Origin: a virus
Length of the DNA: 40,902 nt
Strand: one strand, 5' to 3'
Virus record (IMG/VR): IMGVR_UViG_3300030606_000002
Location: 1 to 40,902 of that record
In this document: piece after piece, positions 18,401 through 26,235 of the stretch
Layout of the letters: every line of letters begins with the position of its first letter
Numbering within the stretch: position 1 is the first letter of the stretch
Position numbers and translations under genes: made by a program
The notes under the pieces: generated by a model
The model's input: the letters and a program-made list of their open reading frames with translations, nothing else
What the model was told of the DNA's origin: nothing
Databases searched by the model: none

Positions 18401-20347
18401 TTATAGCCCGATACCCAAGTCTAGCGCCAAGGCGGTGCTCGCCACGGATGCGAGTTTCGCTCCCGCCGCGCTCACCGTCACCTCGAAGGGGCTCCCCGAG
18501 ATGGCCACGGTGTTGAGCGTTATGGCGTGCGAATCTGTTCCCGCAGCAGTCGGGGTGTACGAGTACGAGTAGGTCCCGTCGAGGTTATCCGTGACTGAGG
18601 GTGTGTCCTCGTTGGCGCCCGTAATCGCTGCAACAACCGTGTCACCACCTTGCGTCCAGTTTGACCCAAATTGATCCTTGATCTGGATCGTCACATCGAT
18701 TTGCTGGTCCACCGTTCCCGTCGCTGGGACGTTGGCGGTGCTATCTACCGCGCTTGGAGCGGCGTCGGCAATGTCGACCGAGTACGGACTGCCAGAAATA
18801 GGATCGTCATTGAACGTAATCGCGTGGCTGTCGGTCCCTTCGACTGTCGGGGTGGTCACATACGAATACGTCCCGTCCTCGTTATCGGTGATATCCGGCA
18901 AATCCGGGTTGTCACCATTGATTTGGACAACAACGGTATCGCCACCAGCAGTCCAGTTGAGTCCCAGATTATCCTTGATTTGAATCGTCACCGTGATCTG
19001 GATACCAGTGGGACTCGCAGAGGGAACATCCGCTGTTGAGTTGCTCGCGTCAGGCAACGAATCGGAGACCGCGACCGTGAACGGACTATCGAGAATGTTC
19101 GAGGCGTTGAGCGTGATCGTGACCGTCAACGTGCCAGAGGTCGTCGGCGTGACGGTGAATGTGTACGTCCCGTCCGTCTCGTCTGTGACGGTCGGTGTCC
19201 CTGTTTCTGACCCGCTAAGGGTCGCAACGACCGTGTCACCACCACTCGTCCAGTTCGCGCCGAACTGATCTTTGACTTGCACGATCACATCGAATGACAC
19301 TCCGACTGCCGCCTGTGCTGGCACGTCAGCCGTGGTGTTCGCAGCGGTTGGAACTGCGACCGTCTCTACAGTAACCGTGAACGGGCTGCCGACAATGTTC
19401 ACGGCGCCCAACTGAATGGTTACCGTATCGGTTCCCGCCGTTGTGGGGGTGTAACTTGCGGTGTAGCTGCCGTCCCCGTTGTCAGTGACCGTGAGATCCG
19501 CTTCGGGATTGTCACCCGTGACGTCGATATCGAATAACTCACCGCCCCAACTGACAGGGTTCCCGATACGGTCCTTGGCGGTGATGGTGATGTCAACGGG
19601 AGTGTCTACCTCAACGGAACTCGGGACGACGGCGGTACAGTTCGCCGCCTCCACGACTGGAACGCTGATAGCAACGTGACCTGGGTAGTAGATCGGGGGG
19701 TGGCTGTCTGATTTGAACGGTGCGCCAGTTGTGGCGACTGAAAACGTACCGGAAAGAAGGTCGAACTCCGTGGTACCAAGGCGGTGACCAATGCCTTGAA
19801 TGTAGATGTCGGGCCTGATGGAGCAGAGAATTGCACACAAGCCAGCTGCATGTTCGGCGATGAGCAACTCCGCCTGTGCCTGCGTCACTGACCCCCACAT
19901 AGCTGCTTCGGCGAGATGGGCTACATCGTCAGCGTCCCACACCCCGACGGCGAGCGTCACAGCAAGATCAGCGAACGGATCGCCGGATGCAGCACTACCG
20001 ACGAACGCGCCGTCGAAGTAGGCGCGCATGGTGTTCCCGCTCTCGTCAACCCATACCGCCACATGATGCCACGTACCATCCTGTGGGTAGGCAGAAACGG
20101 TAACACTTACATCCCCACCGCCATTGACACGCTGTTTAAGTACGAGACCGTTGGGATCAGCGCCGTTGAAGGCGTCAATAAACCCTCCAACGTTGACCGT
20201 GTTGCGGAGCCAACCCGCGGTCCCAAAACTCGTAGGGTCGCCGGAAAGCCGGAGCCAAAACGTTCTCAGCCCCTCGTCCCACGATTCTATTGCCTGTGTG
20301 AGAGCACTGCCATCAGCCCAAACAATAGTTCCACTCGCAAACGCCAT
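18401..20347 (-). CDS. LamG-domain protein with four tandem filamin/Ig-like repeats (virion surface / adhesin candidate)
   Basis: The N-terminus (WLRLSG...DGTWHHVAVWVDESGNTMRAYFDGAFVG) is Laminin-G_3-like. Residues about 232-626 form four repeats of about 98 aa, each ending ..TD..DGTY(S/T)...TPT..G...(V/I)T(I/L/F)......(G/D)SP(F/Y).V.(V/I), a filamin-repeat pattern. Confidence 0.7.
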   Translation of the reverse strand: MAFASGTIVWADGSALTQAIESWDEGLRTFWLRLSGDPTSFGTAGWLRNTVNVGGFIDAFNGADPNGLVLKQRVNGGGDVSVTVSAYPQDGTWHHVAVWVDESGNTMRAYFDGAFVGSAASGDPFADLAVTLAVGVWDADDVAHLAEAAMWGSVTQAQAELLIAEHAAGLCAILCSIRPDIYIQGIGHRLGTTEFDLLSGTFSVATTGAPFKSDSHPPIYYPGHVAISVPVVEAANCTAVVPSSVEVDTPVDITITAKDRIGNPVSWGGELFDIDVTGDNPEADLTVTDNGDGSYTASYTPTTAGTDTVTIQLGAVNIVGSPFTVTVETVAVPTAANTTADVPAQAAVGVSFDVIVQVKDQFGANWTSGGDTVVATLSGSETGTPTVTDETDGTYTFTVTPTTSGTLTVTITLNASNILDSPFTVAVSDSLPDASNSTADVPSASPTGIQITVTIQIKDNLGLNWTAGGDTVVVQINGDNPDLPDITDNEDGTYSYVTTPTVEGTDSHAITFNDDPISGSPYSVDIADAAPSAVDSTANVPATGTVDQQIDVTIQIKDQFGSNWTQGGDTVVAAITGANEDTPSVTDNLDGTYSYSYTPTAAGTDSHAITLNTVAISGSPFEVTVSAAGAKLASVASTALALDLGIGL

Positions 20348-20841
20348 CAGGTCTCCTTCACGATGACCTTGTGCAACTCGGCGTCACCTGCCATCGTGTC
20401 GGACGCGTGGTTGGCATCACGTGTCACCTTCAGCCGGAAACTTTCACCGGCTGCGAGCGAATCCATGTCGGCACCGTCCGTAAACGTGATGTCGGTGTAC
20501 TGCACCTCGCCAGACGCACTTGGCGCTGTAGCCGTAGCCGCGTTGGCAGCCGCGAACCCGTCGGCGTCAAGATCAAAGGCGTCGTCCGGGTGAGCTTCGA
20601 TCGCAACATTCCACACGACGTCGCCCGTCGTTGCGGTCGTCGCGCTCCATACCAGCGTCACCGTAAGACCATTGCCCGCGTAGTGCGTTGGGAGGACGCC
20701 CCCGAACACGGCGTTCTCGTCCGTGGCAGCGTCGAAGTCCAGCACGCCGTGATCGTTGCGCCGGTCGTACGTAGCCGGAGACGCTACTCCGGGTTGGTAC
20801 TCGTCAGCGCGAAAACTGAGCAGTTCGTTCCCTGCTGCCAC
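20347..20841 (-). CDS. Stand-alone copy of a ~160-aa domain also present at the N-terminus of the upstream 525-aa protein
   Basis: MAAGNELLSFRADEYQPG...LPTHYAGNGLTVTLVWSATTATTGDVVWNVAIEAH...MDSLAAGESFRLKVTRDAN aligns along its whole length with residues 1-163 of the 20852..22429 product. GTG start with GGAGA upstream. Confidence 0.6.
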   Translation of the reverse strand: MAAGNELLSFRADEYQPGVASPATYDRRNDHGVLDFDAATDENAVFGGVLPTHYAGNGLTVTLVWSATTATTGDVVWNVAIEAHPDDAFDLDADGFAAANAATATAPSASGEVQYTDITFTDGADMDSLAAGESFRLKVTRDANHASDTMAGDAELHKVIVKET

Positions 20842-20851
20842 TTGTGTCTCC

Positions 20852-22429
20852 TTACTCGAAGGGCGGCGCTAGCGGTTGAAGCGGTGTTCCACCACCGCCA
20901 ATGTTATCGGAGGCGTTGTTATCTACCACCATGAGTTCTGGGATCAGTCGCTGCCAATCACGGGTCCATGCTGTGTCATGTACAGGACGTGCGTTGAACG
21001 CAAACCCATAGTCCGATAGGAACTGGTCCGGGAATGACCCGTCAGCTCCATCTTCTACACACACGTTTAAACACTCGCAGAAAGCGTCATCTACGAGATA
21101 CGCGCCATAATTTTGGAGTGTCCACGCGATTTGCATTGCCGGCTCGGTTTCGAGCCCCAAAGCAGTGATGTCAGTGGATGTTGGAATCGCAAGCAACGCG
21201 CCCATCTTCATGGCGGTATTCGTGTTGTCGCCAATTGTGCCGTACCAACCTACGGCATACGAATCCGCACGAGTCGCAGGCCAGCGAAAGGCCTCCGCAA
21301 AGGTGGTCGCTTTGTACAGCAGTTGCCTGCTGTACATCTCTAACTTGAGGGCGTGTCTGGGCCCCTGACTCCCAGGACGCAACTCCCCAAGTCGAAGTGT
21401 GCCTCCGAACGCCGACAATCCTGAGCCCCCGTGAGTTCCATTGGCCCCAGCACCGTACAGATCGTGAGGTGCCACCGCCACGACAGCCGTCGCAATTCCT
21501 GCGGCGGTACAACGTGCAAGAGGCTGCGCTTCTAGTAGAGTACGGCCGTCAGCGAGCAAAAACGTAGCGGAGTTGTTCGTGTTCGAGTGCGGAACCACGT
21601 AGGCATCTGGGATAGGGACCTGCGCCAGCAGCCCGCCGGTGGCCGCGCAACGGTTGGCGCCCGACCAACCCGCACCGCTAAACATGAGGTTAGCGAGTGG
21701 GGCAGTCGGCTTCAGGACAATCTTCTCATTGTCGGCGAATGGCAGGCTTGCCCACACGTTAGGAGGTGAGCCCGGGACAGCAGGTAAATCACCAACTCCG
21801 TCCGGACCGGCCGGTTGATAATCAGCGTTACTGCCAATTGGCATGTTCCAAATGCTGGTCGCCGCAAACGGCCACTGCAACGGATCGCGGGTCGTGCTTT
21901 CCTCTTCACCTCCTCCACCTGCAAGCACCAACACAAGGCTCTCCCGTATTTCAACACGATGCACTTCCGCGTCGTTATCGAGCGTGTCGGCAACGTTGTT
22001 CGCGTCGCGGGTGACGAGCAGTCGCAAACTCTCCCCCGCCAGGAGCGAATCCATCTCTGCACCAGGAGCCAAGTCAATCCGCGTGTACTTCAAGTTACCG
22101 GACGCGCTGGCGGTTGTCCCCGTTGCTGAGAGTGCCGTCGCGAAGTGATCCGAGTCGAGATCGACCGAGTCATCGTGATGTGCTTCGATGGCCGCCGTCC
22201 ACACCACATCTCCAGTCGTGACAGCAGTAGCACTCCAGACAATGAAGACGTTGAGCCCGCGCCCGCTGTAATGCGTCGGTAGTGTACTGGCAAAAGCAGC
22301 ACTCTCGTCTGTGGTCTTGTCGAACAAGAGCACCGGGTGACCGTTCCGCTTCGCGAACTGCGCCGTGGACAACGTGCCCGGCTGTCGGTCCTGTGCCCGA
22401 AAGACGCGGAGCGTGTTACCTGCTGCCAT
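20852..22429 (-). CDS. Two-domain virion-surface candidate: shared N-terminal domain plus a ~360-aa C-terminal domain of unknown, possibly glycan-active, function
   Basis: The N-terminus MAAGNTLRVFRAQDRQPG...LPTHYSGRGLNVFIVWSATAVTTGDVVWTAAIEAH is a paralogue of the 20347..20841 product. A Gly/Glu linker (GGGGEEE) follows, then a long globular domain (PFAATSIWNMPIG...GTHGGSGLSAFGG...RHALKLEMY). Confidence 0.55.
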   Translation of the reverse strand: MAAGNTLRVFRAQDRQPGTLSTAQFAKRNGHPVLLFDKTTDESAAFASTLPTHYSGRGLNVFIVWSATAVTTGDVVWTAAIEAHHDDSVDLDSDHFATALSATGTTASASGNLKYTRIDLAPGAEMDSLLAGESLRLLVTRDANNVADTLDNDAEVHRVEIRESLVLVLAGGGGEEESTTRDPLQWPFAATSIWNMPIGSNADYQPAGPDGVGDLPAVPGSPPNVWASLPFADNEKIVLKPTAPLANLMFSGAGWSGANRCAATGGLLAQVPIPDAYVVPHSNTNNSATFLLADGRTLLEAQPLARCTAAGIATAVVAVAPHDLYGAGANGTHGGSGLSAFGGTLRLGELRPGSQGPRHALKLEMYSRQLLYKATTFAEAFRWPATRADSYAVGWYGTIGDNTNTAMKMGALLAIPTSTDITALGLETEPAMQIAWTLQNYGAYLVDDAFCECLNVCVEDGADGSFPDQFLSDYGFAFNARPVHDTAWTRDWQRLIPELMVVDNNASDNIGGGGTPLQPLAPPFE

Positions 22430-22637
22430 CGCCCACCAATTCTATCACGAATGTCTTGCCATGCTCCAGCATGAGTTTGCCTGTTAACCGGGTGTGATGA
22501 CGCTCAACGTCGGCGTCTGGGATGGACCGGAGTTCCTCGATCGAAAACTCGGGGTTGACCCACGTATCCCCAACCAACGTGAATCCGTAGAAGGGGAGGA
22601 TGTGCTCCCGCATTCGTGCGGCACAGCCACAGCTCAT
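22416..22637 (-). CDS. Hypothetical protein (first ORF after the leader terminator)
   Basis: A 73-aa ORF overlapping the next gene by 14 nt. No clear SD, so the start is uncertain. Confidence 0.35.
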   Translation of the reverse strand: MSCGCAARMREHILPFYGFTLVGDTWVNPEFSIEELRSIPDADVERHHTRLTGKLMLEHGKTFVIELVGDGSR

Positions 22638-22647
22638 TCAATCGTAC

Positions 22648-22697
22648 CAAAAGAAAAAGGCCCCACGTTCTCCTCCTCCGAGAACACAGGGCCTTTG
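22648..22697 (-). terminator. Strong intrinsic terminator on the minus strand
   Basis: Minus strand: AAAGGCCC-TGT-GTTCTC-GGAGGAG-GAGAAC-GTG-GGGCCTTT followed by TTCTTTTGG. That is 8 + 6 Watson-Crick pairs bridged by three G:U pairs, then a U-tract. Confidence 0.7.
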
Positions 22698-22719
22698 CCG
22701 CTCTACGGCGACTTCGACC
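22697..22719 (-). promoter_or_regulatory. Diverged third copy of the 22-nt promoter-like box, abutting the terminator hairpin
   Basis: Minus strand GGTCGAAGTCGCCGTAGAGCGGC versus GGTCGAGGTCACGTAGAGTGGC in the other two copies (1 indel, 3 mismatches). Confidence 0.4.
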
Positions 22720-22750
22720 TTGACTTCGGGTTTGTCAGACTACAAAAAGA

Positions 22751-23002
22751 CTAAGCCCGTTGATCCACCTGAACGGCGAAAACGCGGAGACGATCTCCCT
22801 CCGGGGAGTAACAGAAAGCTATGACTTCACCTTCTGTGTGTTCTTCGGTTACTTGCCGATGTGCAGCCCGTGAAGCCTCGTCCTGGGCACATTGCAGCGC
22901 CCAGGACGAGGCTTCATCTCGGTCAGTGAAAACGTGGACCGTCGTATCGGTGTGGCGATCTTGCCAAAGCACCACGTAAACTATCCCGGTTCCCGCCGTC
23001 AT
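22751..23002 (-). CDS. Hypothetical small protein
   Basis: 83 aa from ATG 23002 with GAGGAAGAGGA upstream. The longer track ORF start is rejected. Confidence 0.5.
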   Translation of the reverse strand: MTAGTGIVYVVLWQDRHTDTTVHVFTDRDEASSWALQCAQDEASRAAHRQVTEEHTEGEVIAFCYSPEGDRLRVFAVQVDQRA

Positions 23003-23022
23003 TCCTCTTCCTCTATCCTCCT

Positions 23023-23044
23023 GCCACTCTACGTGACCTCGACC
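23023..23044 (-). promoter_or_regulatory. 22-nt promoter-like box GGTCGAGGTCACGTAGAGTGGC (copy 1), contains the -10-like TAGAGT
   Basis: Identical to 23315..23336. It ends 20 nt upstream of the ATG at 23002. Confidence 0.45.
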
Positions 23045-23094
23045 TACGGCCCCAGCGGCTCGACGAAATGGGCGGTCCACTCCACTCGACCTGG

Positions 23095-23295
23095 CTATGA
23101 CTCAATTCTTAGATCCCACACGACGCGGCCTTCCGTTACATCCGTCGCATCAAACTTCACTGTTGCAGAAATGCCGTCTCCAACCTTTGTGATTACCACA
23201 TCACGAATGACGGTATCGTCTTTACACGTACCGTCACGGCGAACCTGAACCTCATAGGTTCTGCCGTCCACATTTACTACCTTAGTTCCCGCCAT
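23095..23295 (-). CDS. Hypothetical small beta-rich protein
   Basis: 66 aa from ATG 23295 with AAGGAGGAA upstream. Confidence 0.5.
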   Translation of the reverse strand: MAGTKVVNVDGRTYEVQVRRDGTCKDDTVIRDVVITKVGDGISATVKFDATDVTEGRVVWDLRIES

Positions 23296-23314
23296 CGTTC
23301 CTCCTTGGGCCTTC

Positions 23315-23336
23315 GCCACTCTACGTGACCTCGACC
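23315..23336 (-). promoter_or_regulatory. 22-nt promoter-like box (copy 2)
   Basis: An exact repeat of 23023..23044, ending 19 nt upstream of the ATG at 23295. Confidence 0.45.
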
Positions 23337-23594
23337 GTTGAGACCAAGTCCGCCTCACTTACCTCTACAATACGCTTACACCGCCTACAGCGCCACGTGC
23401 CTAACCCACCTAGCCCCTTCAGCCGTTTTACTGCCTCCGGGTACAGCTGGAGTGGGGGCGAGTACGGCGAAAACCGACAAGCGCAGGTGACAACGAAACG
23501 ATACGCCTCAGATGCACCCACGCAGGTGTCACCCCTCCTCCGAGCGAACTGGTGTTCGGCGCGGTCCACGGATGACCGCCTCAGACCGCCAGCA

Positions 23595-23616
23595 CCAGGG
23601 GGAGAACCAGGGGGAC
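23595..23616 (+). repeat. attP arm-type repeat CCAGGGGGAGAACCAGGGGGAC (copy 1)
   Basis: An exact 22-nt direct repeat of 23821..23842. Internally it is two CCAGGGGGA units. Confidence 0.5.
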
Positions 23617-23713
23617 GAGAGCGTTGGAATGAGGGTGAATGGAGCAACTGGACGGAGATCGGCGTCTATATGCGGGGCTTTGCGTGTGATCCCGGAAGGG
23701 AATCATAATCCGC

Positions 23714-23743
23714 GTGTCGGGGGTTCGAATCCCTCCTCCGCTA
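23714..23743 (+). other. tRNA 3'-end-like segment (T-arm plus acceptor strand): candidate attP core
   Basis: GGGGG-TTCGAAT-CCCTC forms a T-arm and is followed by CTCCGCT-A. No complementary 5' acceptor strand or D/anticodon arms could be folded upstream. It lies about 110 nt from the integrase 3' end. Confidence 0.5.
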
Positions 23744-23820
23744 CTGTCGCTAAGTCCCGCCTGTTTCATCACCTTACGTTCCGCCTCGCTGACTCCCGTC
23801 AATATAGCAAACCCCGGCCG

Positions 23821-23842
23821 CCAGGGGGAGAACCAGGGGGAC
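23821..23842 (+). repeat. attP arm-type repeat (copy 2)
   Basis: An exact repeat of 23595..23616, 8 nt beyond the integrase stop codon. Confidence 0.5.
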
Positions 23843-23850
23843 CCGACAAC

Positions 23851-24948
23851 TCACGCGCTGAGACCCTCCGGCATGTCCGCCACCAACGCTTGGCCCACCG
23901 CAGCCGCCACCTTCCGCGCCGTCCGCCGCGCCGAGTACTGGTGACTCTGATCGACCCGTGAGTGCCCCATGTGAATCGTGAGGTCCCGATCGGTCGCGCC
24001 GAAGTCACCGGCGTACTGCGCGCTGAGGTGTCGCAGGTCGTACATCCGGAGCCCCGGGAAGTCCGCCTGCTCGGCCGCGCGCTTGAACCACGTGTTCAGC
24101 CAGCGATACGCCAGCGGACTCGGCACCGCGCGATCGATCCACGCCCACAGATCCGGTGACACACTGACGTAGCGGTCACGTTGTCGCGTCTTCGTCCCCG
24201 GCACGTGCACCTCGAGCTGCTCCCGGTCGAGGTCCTCGCGCCGGATCCGGAGATACTCGTCGGGTCCACACCCGAGCACAGCCATCGCCACGTACGACGC
24301 ACGTACCCGAGGCTCGGCCCTTTGAATCAGCGTCCAGAACTGCTTCGGTCGCAGCCGCGGCTGGCGAGCTGGCGGCTCGCGCAGTGCCCTGAACAACCGC
24401 ATCACCTGCAGACGGAACGGATGGTGCAGGTGACCGAGGTACGCGGTGAGGAACGCCGACACCGCCGCGCGCGTCCGGTTCCAGTCGGCCGGACCCGCAT
24501 CCCACAACCTCGAGAGGCGAGCGAACTCGACGCGTGACAACTCGCCGACGGACGCGGCCGAGCTCAAGAGCCGATGCTTCTTCGCGACCCTGAACAACCG
24601 GTCCCACGACACCTCGTACCGGCGCCGACTCTGCTTCGCGGCCGCACTGTACGGGAGCCATCGATTGACCTCGTCCCGCAACGAGCGGTGCAAACGCAAC
24701 CGGTCCGCCGCCTGCAGCAGTCGACCGTTGCGGTCGGCGTCGACCAGGTCGCGCGTGGAGAGCTGCCCGGCCTTGAACAGTCGGAGCGTCTCGAGCGCGC
24801 CGGCTTCGATCAACTTGGTGAGAACGGCATCACGACGGTGGAACTCTTTGGGGTCGTCCGTGCCCGCACTGCGACGGATTCGGCCGACGCCCTCGACCTG
24901 GCGATCGAACCGGTAGTTCTTGGATCCTCGGAGCCGTTCGGGAGTCAT
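23851..24948 (-). CDS. int: Tyrosine recombinase / phage integrase
   Basis: The C-terminal catalytic signature was read by eye: ...GTKTRQRDRYVSV..., RMYDLRHLSAQY (HxxR) and IHMGHSRVDQSHQY (His plus the nucleophile Tyr). Confidence 0.85.
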   Translation of the reverse strand: MTPERLRGSKNYRFDRQVEGVGRIRRSAGTDDPKEFHRRDAVLTKLIEAGALETLRLFKAGQLSTRDLVDADRNGRLLQAADRLRLHRSLRDEVNRWLPYSAAAKQSRRRYEVSWDRLFRVAKKHRLLSSAASVGELSRVEFARLSRLWDAGPADWNRTRAAVSAFLTAYLGHLHHPFRLQVMRLFRALREPPARQPRLRPKQFWTLIQRAEPRVRASYVAMAVLGCGPDEYLRIRREDLDREQLEVHVPGTKTRQRDRYVSVSPDLWAWIDRAVPSPLAYRWLNTWFKRAAEQADFPGLRMYDLRHLSAQYAGDFGATDRDLTIHMGHSRVDQSHQYSARRTARKVAAAVGQALVADMPEGLSA

Positions 24949-25166
24949 GTCTGCGCCTCAATCTGCTGGGCGATCCAACGTAACACGTCGGTCTCCGACC
25001 AGACCACCTTTCGGTGTCCCATCTGCCAGCGTCCCGCTCGGAGGTTCTCCTTGACCCACCGCGCGCTGACCTTCCCGGAAAAGGGACCCTGAGCGACTTC
25101 CTTCGCGGTGAGCAGCCGACCGGGGTGAGAAGGAGGCTCGAGCTTCAAGACCTGGGCGCCTCTCAC
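24945..25166 (-). CDS. xis: Excisionase-type / AlpA-like HTH DNA-binding protein
   Basis: LLTAKEVAQ...VSARWVKENLR...GHRKVVWSETDVLRWI is an HTH_17 / MerR-like Xis pattern. It has an ATGA overlap with int. The exact start is uncertain. Confidence 0.6.
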   Translation of the reverse strand: MRGAQVLKLEPPSHPGRLLTAKEVAQGPFSGKVSARWVKENLRAGRWQMGHRKVVWSETDVLRWIAQQIEAQT

Positions 25167-25259
25167 CCCTCCATCTCCACGGTTACGCGCGTAAAGAACT
25201 CGGCGGGGGTCAGTCCTTCCGCGCTATTTGTCGTGTCCACTAACAACAACTCTCCGCGT

Positions 25260-25766
25260 TTAGGGTTCATGGTTGCTGACCCCCGCCACGTTTTTCGCGT
25301 CTTCTTTCGCTGCTCCGGTGATCGGTGTGATCTCGACTTCCACTCGCGGCCGCGCCGGGTCTTTCAACCGCCGCGTCCCGTCCCAGTTATCAATCAACGA
25401 ATCGTTCTTCAGAATGCCCTTTGCCTCGAGGTAGTCCCCGATGGCCTGGTGAAACCCGTGCACGTCCCCTACGGCACGCTCGCGGTAAATCAACGCCTTC
25501 ACGTGCACCGGCTCCGTGATCGGCATCTGCGGCCGTTCTCCCTGCCATTGCACCACCGCCTTGCGCACCCACTGCCGATAGTTCGAGCTCGGCTGCACCT
25601 TCACCCGATTCAACACGTCACGCTGCGTCAACGGCGCCGACTTGCGCACCAGTCCGATCAGCCACGCGCGGATATCAGCCGACCTCATCAAGAGCATCAA
25701 CTCGTTGGACGTCTTTTTCGTTCGGGGCGGAGAACCCACAATTGACAAACGGTAAACCGCCCCCAC
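25260..25766 (-). CDS. rusA: RusA-type Holliday junction resolvase
   Basis: YRLSIVGSPPRTKKTSN...DVHGFHQAIGDYLEAKGILKNDSLIDNWDGTRR matches the RusA layout. The start is taken as GTG 25766, overlapping the upstream TAG. Confidence 0.65.
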   Translation of the reverse strand: MGAVYRLSIVGSPPRTKKTSNELMLLMRSADIRAWLIGLVRKSAPLTQRDVLNRVKVQPSSNYRQWVRKAVVQWQGERPQMPITEPVHVKALIYRERAVGDVHGFHQAIGDYLEAKGILKNDSLIDNWDGTRRLKDPARPRVEVEITPITGAAKEDAKNVAGVSNHEP

Positions 25767-25972
25767 TACAAGCTCGCCTTGAGGAAGTGAGCAACATACG
25801 CCGGTAGCACGCACACGACATCACCGTCGAGGCTCGCAAACTCGAGCGTGGTTGTCCCATCGTCTCCCGTGGACACGTACAGCGACACGTCGATCGGGTA
25901 GTCCGGATCTCGTCCCTCGTTGCGTACGATCTGCACCGTGCCGAGGTACGCTGTCGTCCTGTCCTTGCTCAC
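25766..25972 (-). CDS. Hypothetical protein
   Basis: 68 aa, with a GTGA overlap to the upstream gene. Confidence 0.45.
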   Translation of the reverse strand: MSKDRTTAYLGTVQIVRNEGRDPDYPIDVSLYVSTGDDGTTTLEFASLDGDVVCVLPAYVAHFLKASL

Positions 25973-26235
25973 TGTGTCACCGCCTCGTGTTTGTCTCGTC
26001 TCGCCTCACGGCGGTGTCTCGTTTCCGCCGCGATGAACCGGGCAATCACCCGCAAACAGTCCTCCTCGAACACTGCCGGACCTGTAAAGAGCGCGTACTT
26101 CCGCCACGGGGTGTACCACCGAACGACCCCAAGGAGCGCGCCTCCTTCAATGGTGCGCACCTCCCACCTTTGCGTTTTCCCGCTCGGGCTCGTTTCGACC
26201 AGTACGAACTTGATCCACGTCTTCTCGTCGCTCAC
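25969..26235 (-). CDS. Hypothetical protein
   Basis: 88 aa from GTG 26235 (GTGA overlap). It contains WIKFVLVETSPSGKTQRWEV...LGVVRWYTPWRKYAL. Confidence 0.45.
   Translation of the reverse strand: MSDEKTWIKFVLVETSPSGKTQRWEVRTIEGGALLGVVRWYTPWRKYALFTGPAVFEEDCLRVIARFIAAETRHRREARRDKHEAVTQ

Noticed and set aside
18470-19654. Tandem ~295-nt periodicity that might be taken for a repeat array or CRISPR-like structure.
   Set aside because: The repeats are in-frame, diverged coding repeats (filamin-type Ig domains). There are no short identical direct repeats with unique spacers. No CRISPR array exists anywhere in the window.
18401-22429. A diversity-generating retroelement acting on the surface-protein genes.
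   Set aside because: There is no reverse transcriptase ORF. I found no near-identical template/variable repeat pair with adenine-specific differences.
23640-23743. A complete tRNA gene at the attP region.
   Set aside because: Only the T-arm and 3' acceptor strand can be folded. The sequence about 70-90 nt upstream has no complementary AGCGGAG acceptor strand and no convincing D or anticodon arm. I interpret it as a copied tRNA 3' end (attachment core).
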